This document shows positions 39,663-51,030 of a stretch of DNA of 52,600 nt, piece after piece. Below the pieces are notes generated by a model that saw only the letters and a program-made list of their open reading frames with translations, did not search any database and was not told the origin of the DNA. A program made the translations under genes and the position numbers. The stretch comes from Spongospora subterranea f. sp. subterranea (lineage: Eukaryota): NCBI GenBank assembly GCA_049724395.1, contig JAUGWO010000055.1, forward strand, positions 62,001-114,600, read 5' to 3'. Position 1 is the stretch's first letter, and each line of letters begins with the position of its first letter.

Positions 39663-39861
39663 GTTCGAGTGCACTTCGGGGTTAAGATTCGCATCGGGCA
39701 AAAACCGCAGTTATAAAAAGCTAACTCAGCTTCGCCAAGGTCGCCATTCTAGTGTTCAAGGGCAAGCACTCGATCTTACAGGCAAACAATGTTCATAAAG
39801 GCAATTAGAATTGCGAATGGTGTATTGGATCGGATCTGATCCTCCTTGATGATTGCCTTGA

Positions 39862-40430
39862 TAAGACACGTGACGCTATACGATGCCAAATCGGTTGACC
39901 AATCTAGCGCTGAAGATACGACAATCGAATGGTCTGCTGAAGGATCAGGGAACACGTTCAACAATATTAATAATATCGTCTGTCAGACTAAGGACATTAA
40001 CAATGATTGTAAAACCACTCTTTGTTTGGTTTCGTCATGAAACGAACGCCATCGTGAATAACGTCCTTTGGCTTTGATGATTTGACGATGTCTCGCTTAG
40101 CCAAAATGGTGAGGAACGACGTTTTCTGGTAAACTCACACATTGAAGACCCATCTCGACAAAACTGTGGATCAATGTTTGAGCAACAGAACCAAGAAAAT
40201 AAATTTGATATCGCCATCCTTGTTCGCTCGGAAATCTGATGCCCTGAGATATCAAAGTTGAACAATGATGCCGATGTGCAATCGAAGTAATGTGTCTGGA
40301 ACCCAGATACGATGGCAATGTGAGTATTTCTCCACAGTGACCAGGAACTATCAAAAACGTCGAACGAATCTCTATTGACAATGTCTTCCATCGCTTCACT
40401 ATTTCACGACGAGAACATCATCACCTTAAA
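39862..40430 (-). repeat. Repeat 'A' copy 3 (partial)
   Basis: Matches ~31810-32385. Confidence 0.88.
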
Positions 40431-40582
40431 CCCATTGATTAGATATTACGGTTTGTTTCTTTTGGATATGTTAAGATTCCATGTTTTTTAGGTTCCAATA
40501 ACTTTTGCACTTTCTAATAACATATTATTTCGTTGTTTCAAATATCCTGATTTGTCACAATATCTCTAGTAATCAAGTTATT

Positions 40583-41030
40583 TCAGACAATCGTGACGAG
40601 GAATATAAACAATAAATATTTCATGTCCCTTATAATATACCAGATCCGATCATGGACTGTTCGCCGTTGCCGCTTCAAACTTGATTGCCAGTGAGAGGTT
40701 GGTAGTTCTAACACTGTTGAGAACGGTTATCACGTTCATGTTGGTCAATAGCGGGAGAAGACCATTAACAGCACAATCCCAGATAGTTATGGTCATTGAG
40801 ATCTGTTGGGAATATCATAACAGGTGACACACTATTAGGTTCTTAGATATTGCCAGTTAGGAGATAGACTCAATGATCGATTGAAGTGGAACGATGATGA
40901 AACTCTGTCGATCTGGATATTACTGTGGGGATTTGGAATCGTTTTTTGAGTTCAACTACTGAGGAATAGGATCATAAAAACCTGATGTATTCATTATGGG
41001 ATGAGAAACCGGGTTTCGGTCAAAGCGCCA
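40583..41030 (-). repeat. Conserved 3' flank 'B', copy 3
   Basis: Reverse complement of 26540-26980 and 45500-45945. Confidence 0.9.
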
Positions 41031-41075
41031 CGTCTTGTATTGGTTTTTGTTATCTGCACGATCATGTCCTTGGCA

Positions 41076-41688
41076 TTACATCTGCGTCAATGAAGACGTC
41101 TGGTGACTGTCTTGATCTAGTTGGTTTGATCCCGTCGACTCCTCGTCGTTGAGGCTCCAGAATTTGTGCAGTTCGTTGTGTGTTTGATAGTAGAAGAGCG
41201 ACGCCATAATGTAGAAGATCTTTTCGTCTTCGTAATCTGCCATTTCGCGGACCTCAAACATGAACTTTTTGATGGGAACCCGCGTGGCCGAAGACCCAAC
41301 AAGGCCATCACCATCGACCCCATTGGCAAATTTGACAACCTTTTTGCACACTTTATTCCCTTTCTGATAAAAATCATCACCGAGACAGAATATCAATATC
41401 ACTAATCCCAACCTCAGAATAACGTTCACCGAGATTATCTTGCAAATCATCTGCATCCATGGGTTTGTCGAACTCGGTGATGATACAATGACACTGTTCT
41501 AAAAATGTAATGAAACCCTTGTTCATCCAAATCACGTCTTTGGGGGTGATGGGTTCTTTGATTGGAATAGCATCATTGTCGTTATTGATAGTGTTTCGAT
41601 CAACGAATTGGTCACGTTCAATCCAAGAAGCAGAGTAAGCAATGGGCAATAATGAGAGAAGAAAAAGAGTTCCACCGATGTGCGACAT
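41076..41688 (-). CDS. Small secreted protein family, copy 3 (frame broken by a 49-nt extra segment; C-terminal read-through)
   Basis: MSHIGGTLFLLSLLPIAYSAS...FLEQC...LQDNLG, then DDFYQKGNKVC...DGDGLVGSS...MASLFYYQTH..L.KFW...GSNQLDQD. Confidence 0.8.
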
Positions 41689-44440
41689 TTGATACAATAT
41701 CGTTATGAAGGCGGTTTGACCTCACAGTCACCGGTTGGCGGACACGAACTCCGACACGGACTCCGCCACGGACTCCGCCACGGACTCCGTCAGGGACTGT
41801 TTATTGACATCACTCATCACTCGTGGTGTGGATTTATTCACGCCATTTATCAGTCATTTATCGATATCATGATGACTTGAGGATCTACAGTGACACTGTT
41901 GTTGATCTCTAATAATAATATATCATAGCCATTGACTGTCAACAAGCGATCAGAGAGATGAATCACATATAGGAATGGATCGACCATCAACGTGAGAACA
42001 CGGATTGTGATTGACGGATCGTGACTGGAGTTTCCGATCAGTTTTTCAACCAAGGAAGATTGAGCTTTATGGAGTCGTGATGGATAAATGTCTATACGTA
42101 ATTCAGGTTCTAACTACATCATCTCTATTCGGGTGTAAACTCCGCAAAGAAGGTTGTGATGGACAGACAACAATGAAAGTGTATTACAGGATCAGAGGCA
42201 GTTGATAATTGACGATAAAACCCCATTCTTTTTGCACCTTGTTTTATGTGGAAATCACATACCAGATCCGATCTTGGACTGTTCCCCGTTTCCCCTGTTC
42301 ATTGTTGAGGCCTGTGCGCCCTTGTTGGTTATAACACTGTCGAGGACGATTATCATCTCGGTGTAGGTCAAGAGCCGGAAAATATGGAAAACTTCATAAT
42401 CCCCAGGGAGGAAATGATCGTGAGACCTGTTGACAATATCATAACGGGGACAAAACCAAAGGACAGTAGTCAGGGTTATTTGTGAGGCAACACAGACGCG
42501 ACAAAGGTGTTTGGTGGACCGATAATGAGGTCGGAATCGACCTGACCACAGCTGTAGATCAATTGAGGATATTGCTGTGGATTTTGGATCGTCCAAGACC
42601 ACTACTATAGTCGTTATTCGTCACCTACAATCATCTCTCAACTGGCCTTGATCAATGATCATTAACTCGTTTTACCCCGCTTTTTCAATACTGTTTTCGG
42701 CCCACAAAAGGGCCATCGTTTGATCAATCAAATCGCCGTCATCACGATCATATTTTGTAGGTCAGGAGTACTTCCACAAAGAAAACGTCCTTGTGGTGTT
42801 GGGGTCTTGTAACTACGTTGGATCAACCCTCGATTCTTTGAAACGTCAATCGTCTTCATTAGTGACAAAGCGGCGAACCGTCTCGTGGCAACACGATTGT
42901 CGAATCCGGATCCGCCTGTATTCCATCAGGCCCAAAGTCACGCCAGGGGTTGGACTTCCCCATTGGAACACGATAAAACTGACGGCTCAACGGTTAATCC
43001 ACCGTCGTGAGCTGAGGAGAATCCTGCCCATGATCTGACACCACGAACGGGGTGAGGAAAGAAGACGGGCGATGGTCGTGAACTAACTGTAGTATCAGAT
43101 TGGCGGGAACCGCTACCATCACCCGAATCGGCAGCGGTGAAGGGATCATTGATGAGCGCTGATGGGTTCACTGGTTCATATAGTTTCAAACGGACCTCAA
43201 CAGAAAGTTCGGTGTACTCACAAACGACATCCGCTTTTGAAAACATGTTGTCTCCCCATTGCGTCATCACCAGATGGAAATCCAAGAACTTCGAATCTGT
43301 CACTGTTAATTCAAAAATAGGGTTCGTCAAACTGGCGATTTCCTATTCCAAAACATGTTTCCTTAGCAATTGCGCATGTCCACGAGATGGAAAGTTCAAG
43401 CAAAGCTTCAAAACGTTTCATGATGCTCCTGATCTATTGCAGCAGCCATCGGATTCGTCATCATTTGCACAATACGTCGGGCCTCCTACACAGCAACGCA
43501 ATGATCGTGCGAATTCAACGTTTCTCTGCCAACCACTTTCTCATATATGTTGATTCCTCCCAAATTGAATTGAAAATCGCTGGTGGTATATCATTGATCG
43601 ATTATGGACATAATTAACCGCCTGGGAGGCGGCATCATTTTCGATTGTCTACCCAGAAACTGTCGTGCATTGCGTCTTGATTTCTGGAATTGCAGTTGAA
43701 AGGAGCACTTCGTCCATCCCTGTATTAGTGATGTTGAACTCTCCGAGCTCGCCTGCACTCAAGAAATTCCACATTGGGGATCGGTGTTTTTGTGGACAAT
43801 CCCACTCTTCATCGCTGGAATCGCTCGCAAGAAATTCTTTGAGGGTCGCCATTGTGCCAAGAAATTCGCAGTGCAATATCGATAATGGATTGCCAACAGA
43901 AAAATGAACCAAACTGTACTTCGATCCGTCAACAAAGACGTCCATGACACTTTACCTTTGAGATAACCCTGACAAAGCGCTGCTAGGCCAACGGATGATG
44001 TTGTGGCCGAACCAAACCTGGTGGGACTCACTTTACATCCGCTCAAAAATGATCGCCAAATTTTTTTCAAGAAAAATCCAGTGGGTGGATCAGAATTTGC
44101 TTTAGAAAACTGTATTTCTGGGCCGTTAGTCTGACGGGTCTAGCCGGTTATGGGGATCAGGGCTAGTGGTCTATCCATTCCTATATGTGATTCATCTCTC
44201 TGATCGTCAATTGAGATTATATATTAGATATCAACAGCTGTGTCACTGTAGATCGTCAATCAACGGTCATCAACGGTCATCAACGGTCATCGTGACATCA
44301 TCCACGTCAGTACTGTAATCCCAGAGTGGTGTCGCCTGGTGTCGCCAAATAAATGGTCCGTGACGGAGTCTGTGTCGGAGTCCGTGTCCGCCAACGGGTG
44401 ACTGTTAGGTCAAACCGCCTTCTTAACGATATTGTATCAA

Positions 44441-45504
44441 ATGTCGCGCATCGGTGGATCTCTATTTCTTCTCTCATTATTGCCCATTGCTTACTCTGTT
44501 ATTTTCCATCGTGATCTCAGTGCTTTCGAACCTTTAACTCCTGAGGATCTGTCACCCCAGGTCGTGACACGCCAACGGGAGGACATTCAACGGGGTATCA
44601 ATGATATCCTGGCGCAAATCTTCAATGATATCGATCATGATAATGCTCCAACCGCATGGGGATTTGGGGAGTCGCCCATTAACTCAAGAGGACGACTACC
44701 TCGTGTGCCTGTGATAGACACTCCCTCTCAACCCTGTAATTCCTGAGGATCCGTCACCCCAGGACGTGACACGCCAATGGGAGGACATCCAATTGGAGGA
44801 TATTCAACGGGATATCAATGATATCCTGGCGCAAATTTTTGATGATATCGATCATGATAATGCTCCAACCGCATTGGGATATGGGGAGTTCGCCCATTAA
44901 CTCAAGACGACGACAACCTTGTGTGCCTGTGATGGACACTCGCTCTCTCGAACCTTCATTTCCTGAGGGTCCATTGTTCACCATAGATCGCCTGGAGCAA
45001 GACACTAATGATATCAATCATGATAAAGCTCCAGCCGCAACGAGATTTGTGGAGTTGCTCAAAAAGATCATAGAACTATCGAATGAGGATTGGGAGGATT
45101 GGAAGAACGATCGCTTTAGTGAATTTGTGTTTCAGTGTGATCAGATTAAGACCAACGCCCAAATCCCGATCGAATCAGATATATTGAAAGACTATCTCGG
45201 TGATGATCTTTATCAGCTCGGGAATGGTGTTTGCGATCAAGTTGTCAGATTCGCCAATGGGGTCGATGGTGATGGCGTTCTTGGGTCTTCGGACGTCCAG
45301 GATCCGATTAAGCTGATCATGTTGACGGCCAGCCACACAAGAGGAATAAATGACCAAGGCATCTCAAACATTATGGCGTCGCTCTTATGGTATCAAACAA
45401 AAGACAAACTGCCCATATTCTGGGGCATCAGCAAGGGAGAGTCGACAGATCAAACCAATGAGTATTCCCTGGATCAAGATCAGTCACCAGAAGTGGCGCT
45501 TTGA
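44441..45504 (+). CDS. Secreted protein family, copy 4, with internal ~200-220 bp tandem repeats before the conserved domain (frameshifted as read)
   Basis: MSRIGGSLFLLSLLPIAYS, repeats at 44540-44741, 44742-44961 and a partial to ~45038, then FSEFVFQC...LGDDLYQLGNGVC...MASLLWYQTKDKLPIFWG. Confidence 0.8.
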
Positions 45505-45950
45505 CCGAAACCCTGTTTTTCATCCCATATTGAATACATTAGGTTTTTGCGGTCCTATTCCTCAGTAGTTGAACCCAAAAACGATTCCAAATCCCCACAG
45601 TAATATCCAGATCGACAGAGTTTCATAATCGTTCCACTTCAATCGATCATTGAGTCTATCTCCTATCTGGCAATATCTAAGAACCTAACGCCGCTTTGTG
45701 TTAGTGTGTCACCTGTTATGATATTCCCAACAGATCTCAATGACCATAACTATCTGGGATTGTGCTGTTAATGGTCTTCTCCCGCTATTGACCAACATGA
45801 ACGTGATAACCGTTCTCAACAGTGTTAGAACTACCAACCTCTCACTGGCAATCAAGTTTGAAGAGGCAATGGCGAACAGTTCATGATCGGACCTGGTTTA
45901 TTATAAGGGACCTGAAATATATGTTCCTCGTCACGATTGTTTGAAATATT
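45505..45950 (+). repeat. Conserved 3' flank 'B', copy 4
   Basis: Near-identical to 26555-26980. Confidence 0.92.
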
Positions 45951-45954
45951 TGCT

Positions 45955-46997
45955 ATTTCCTGGTCACTGTGGAGAAATCCTCACATTGCTCCATCGTATC
46001 TGGGTCCCAGACACAATACTTCGATTGCACATCGGCATCATTGATCAACTTTGGTATCTCAGGGCATCAGATTTCCGAGCGAACACGGATGGCGATTTTA
46101 AATATGTTTTTTTTCTTGCTTTTGCTGCTCAAACATTGATCCACAGTTTTGTCGAAATGGGTCTTCAATGTGTGAGTTTACCAGGAAACGTCGTTCCTCA
46201 CCATTTTGGCTAAGCGACACATTGTCAAATCATCAAAGCCAAAGGACGTTATTCACGATGGCGTTCGTTTGATGACAAAACCAAACAAAGGGGGTTGTCA
46301 GAATTATGTTAATGTCCTTAATCAGAAAGACGATATCAGTAATATTGTTGAACGTGTTCCTTGATCATCAGCAGACCATTCGATTGTCGTATCTTCAGTG
46401 CTAGATTGGTCAACCGATTTGGCATCGTATAACGTCACCTGTCTCATCAACTCAATCATTTCGAAAATCGTGTTCTTGAAGGATTTTGCCCTCAATTACA
46501 CATAATTGACAGACAATCGTGTGATCGAATCAGAAACTTTCTCAACTTGTGAAAACTGCAAACTCTGTCGTCATCGAACCAAAAACAATAGCGAGTTATT
46601 CCGTGTTATGGCGTTGGATAAATTACTTCTGGCGGAATAAGCTTTCGCGACTGAACTGCAACAGGACGCAATGGACCTTTATCTTGAATTGTGTGATGAG
46701 ATCAGAAGTCGTCGTAGTGGTGAATCCCTAACAGACATGATCTGTTTGGGGGAAATGTGCCAGTACTGGTGACAGAGGTGCTGCTCTTTCCAGACGAACT
46801 CGACGATTGTATTGGTCAGGTCGAGCAGCTAATTGAGAGTAACTCCCTAATGCGGTTTAGGAAGAAGTTCTCGAACCCCGAAAACCATTGAGCGACATTT
46901 ACAGACGGAGGATATACAGTGGATATCGTCGTCGTTGTCGCCGAGTGAACTGCAGTGCCGGTGTGGGTTAATCACATTAACAAGGAATCAAAGTTCG
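45955..46997 (+). repeat. Repeat 'A' copy 4 (decayed ORF on plus strand)
   Basis: Reverse complement of ~31256-32300. Reads TCENCKLCRHR...DLYLELCDEIRSRR...FPDELDDCIGQVEQLIE with in-frame stops. Confidence 0.88.
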
Positions 46998-48807
46998 GTC
47001 GTCATTTAATACACACTTGTCCATATTGGTTAATAAACCTGTCTACCCAACTTAATGTACTCTCTAAACGAAAACCAACAATCCTTTGAAATCGTATCAC
47101 TCACAATGTCACAATAAATTTTCAGCCGCGAATCCTCAACCTTTGTCATTTGGTGGAGAAATTTCGCCTTCGGGCGGAAAGATGAGACGCATTCGCAACA
47201 AATGACAAAGGTTGAGGATTCGCAGCGGAAAAGCCTATTGTGGCATTGTGAGTGATACGATTTCAAAGGATTGTTGGTTTTCGTTTAGAGAGTACATTAA
47301 GTTCTCCGACAGGTTTATTAACCAATATGGACAAGGTGTATTAAATGACGACCGAACTTTGATTCCTTGTTAATGCGATTAACCCACACCGGCACTGCAG
47401 TTCACTCGGCGACAACGACGACGATATCCACTGTATATCCTCCGTCTGTAAATGTCGCTCAATGGTTTTCGGGGTTCCGAACTTCTTCCTAAACCGCATT
47501 AGGGAGTTACTCTAAATTAGCTGCTCGACCTGACCAATCAATCGTCGAGTTCGTCTGGAAAGAGCAGCATCTGTCACCAGTAGCCTGGCACATTGGGTCC
47601 CCCAAACAGATCATGTCTGTTAGGGATTCAGCTACGATCGACGTTGATTCCCTGTTGAATTCAACGGTCCATTGCTTAATCACTGCAGTTCTCGCGACGC
47701 TTATTCCACCAAAGTAATTCATCCAGAACCTAACACGTAATAGTGTCGCTATTGTCAGACTGGTTCGACGACAGACTTCGTTCAGACAAGCTTACAAAGT
47801 TTCTGATTCGATCACACGATTGTCTGTCAAGATTGAATTGAGGGCTGGAAAGGATTCAGCAGATCTCCGTCAAATCGTCATATTTTACAGTCTTATGTTC
47901 GTTAGGGATTCATTTCGACATATTGAGCACTGAAAGAGGTTCTCGAGAAAAATGGTCAATGAGTTGAGCACAGAACCGTTCAACAATATTTGATATCGTC
48001 TTTCTGATTGGACATTAATAAATTCTGACAACCCCATTTGTTTCTGGCTCAAACGAACGCCATCGTAATAATCTTTATTAGATTCTTCGGATGAAAACGT
48101 GTCGCCTTGGCCAAAATGGTGAGGAACGCATTTTGGTAACTTCACAGGAAGACCCATCTCGAGAAAAACTGTGGATCAATGTTTGAGCAGCAAAAGCAAG
48201 AAAAAAACATATTTAAAATCGCCATCCGTGTTCACTCGGAAATCTGATGCCCTGAGATACCAAAGTTGATCAATGATGCCGATGTGCAATCGAAGTATTG
48301 TGTCTGGGACCCAGATACGATGGCAATGTGAGGATTTCTCCACAGTGACCAGGAAATAGCAAATATTTCAAACAATCGTGACGAGGAACATATATTTCAG
48401 GTCCCTTATAATAAACCAGGTCCGATCATGAACTGTTCGCCATTGCCTCTTCAAACTTGATTGCCAGTGAGAGGTTGGTAGTTCTAACACTGTTGAGAAC
48501 GGTTATCACGTTCATGTTGGTCAATAGCGGGAGAAGACCATTAACAGCACAATCCCAGATAGTTATGGTCATTGAGATCTGTTGGGAATATCATAACAGG
48601 TGACACACTAACACAAAGCGGCGTTAGGTTCTTAGATATTGCCAGATAGGAGATAGACTCAATGATCGATTGAAGTGGAACGATTATGAAACTCTGTCGA
48701 TCTGGATATTACTGTGGGGTTTTGGCCCGGTTTTTGGGTTCAACTACTGAGGAATAGGACCGCAAAAACCTAATGTATTCAATATGGGATGAAAAACAGG
48801 GTTTCGG

Positions 48808-49860
48808 TCAAAGCGCCACTTCTGGTGACTGATCTTGATCCAGGGAATACTCATTGGTTTGATCTGTCGACTCTCCCTTGCTGATGCCCCAGAATATGGG
48901 CAGTTTGTCTTTTGTTTGATACCATAAGAGCGACGCCATAATGTTTGAGATGCCTTGGTCATTTATTCCTCTTGTGTGGCTGGCCGTCAACATGATCAGC
49001 TTAATCGGATCCTGGACGTCCGAAGACCCAAGAACGCCATCACCATCGACCCCATTGGCGAATCTGACAACTTGATCGCAAACACCATTCCCGAGCTGAT
49101 AAAGATCATCACCGAGATAGTCTTTCAATATATCTGATTCGATCGGGATTTGGGCGTTGGTCTTAATCTGATCACACTGAAACACAAATTCACTAAAGCG
49201 ATCGTTCTTCCAATCCTCCCAATCCTCATTCGATAGTTCTATGATCTTTTTGAGCAACTCCACAAATCTCGTCAGTGCGGCTGGAGCTTTATCATGATTG
49301 ATATCATTAGTGTCTTGCTCCAGGCGATCTATGGTGAACAATGGACCCTCAGGAAATGAAGGTTGAGAGAGCGAGTGTCCATCACAGGCACACAAGGTTG
49401 TCGTCGTCTTGAGTTAATGGCAACGACTCCCCATATCCCAATGCGGTTGGAGCATTATCATGATCGATATCATCAAAAATTTGCGCCATGATCATTGATA
49501 TCCCGGAATATCCTCCAATTGGATGTCCTCCCATTCGGCTCACGTCCAACATGACGGATCCTCAGGAACCGTGTTGAGAGAGGGAGTGTCTATCACAGGC
49601 ACATGGCAGGTATCGTCCTCTTGAGTTAATGGGCGACTCCCCAAATCCCCATGCGGTTGGAGCATTATCATGATCGATATCATTGAAGATTTGCGCCAGG
49701 ATATCATTGATACGATTGTTGAATGTAACTCCCGTTGGCGTGCAGATAATGACAAATCAGGAGTTAGGTTTGAAAGCAACGAAATCACGATGGAAAATAA
49801 CAGAGTAAGCAATGGGCAATAATGAGATTCCCGAAATGCAGATCCACCGATGCGCGACAT
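48808..49860 (-). CDS. Mirror copy of secreted protein copy 4 (copy 5; may be an artefact of the palindrome)
   Basis: The C-terminal ~170 aa are essentially identical to 44818-45504. The 5' part is indel-ridden. Confidence 0.6.
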
Positions 49861-50441
49861 TTGATACAATATCGTTAAGAAGGCGGTTTGACCTAACAGT
49901 CACCCGTTGGCGGACACGGACTCCGACACATTACTCCGTCACGGACCATTATATTTGGCTACACATTACTTGGGATTACAGTACTGACGTGGATGATGTC
50001 ACGATGACCGTTGATGACCGTTGATGACCGTTGATTGACGATCTACAGTGACACAGCTGTTGATATCTAATATATAATCTCCATTGACGATCAGAGAGAT
50101 GAATCACATATAGGAATGGATAGACCACTAGCCCTGATCCCCATAACCGGCTAGACCCGTCAGACTAACGGCCCAGAAATACAGTTTTCTAAAGCAAATT
50201 CTGATCCACCCACTGGATTTTTCTTGAAAAAAATTTGGCGATCATTTTTGAGCGGATGTAAAGTGAGTCCCACCAGGTTTGGTTCGGCCACAACATCATC
50301 CGTTGGCCTAGCAGCGCTTTGTCAGGGTTATCTCAAAGGTAAAGTGTCATGGACGTCTTTGTTGACGGATCGAAGTACAGTTTGGTTCATTTTTCTGTTG
50401 GCAATCCATTATCGATATTGCACTGCGAATTTCTTGGCACA

Positions 50442-51030
50442 ATGGCGACCCTCAAAGAATTTCTTGCGAGCGATTCCAGCGATGAAGAGTGGGATTGTCC
50501 ACAAAAACACCGAGTGGAATTTCTTGAGTGCAGGCGAGCTCGGAGAGTTCAACATCACTAATACAGGGATGGACGAAGTGCTCCTTTCAACTGCAATTCC
50601 AGAAATCAAGGGTCGCAATGCTCGACAGTTTCTGTGCAGACAATCGAATAATGATGTCGCCCTTAGCGACGTGGTGAATTATTTTCTTGAATCGATCATC
50701 GCTGCTGTATTTTCTGTTGTTTTGGAAGGACTTCCTCACGGCGAGAAAGTGGTTGGCAGCGAAATCGTTCAATTCATCACGATTTTAGTGTACGTTTCGT
50801 TGTACCGGACGACTCCGACGAAGTTTTTCAAACGTCAATACGCTTTTCTGTATCCGATGGCTGCTGCATTGGATCAGGATGCATTCAGAAAGGTTTTGAA
50901 AGCTTTGAACAAGAAGCGGTCCAGCGCGAATGGTGGTACGTGGGATGTCCCGTTTTCTGTCGATCCTGTAGTTCGTTCAATGGAACAGTCGTTAACAGTG
51001 TTTAGCTGCAAAATGGCCTATATTCGGGGC
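50442..51030 (+). mobile_element. piggyBac-like transposase N-terminal fragment (mirror copy at ~43320-43855 minus)
   Basis: Acidic start MATLKEFLASDSSDEEW. EIVQFITILVYVSLY...FF...LYPMAAALDQDAFRKVLKAL resembles the DDE_Tnp_1_7 N-terminal helices. Catalytic core and TIRs not identified. Confidence 0.5.
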
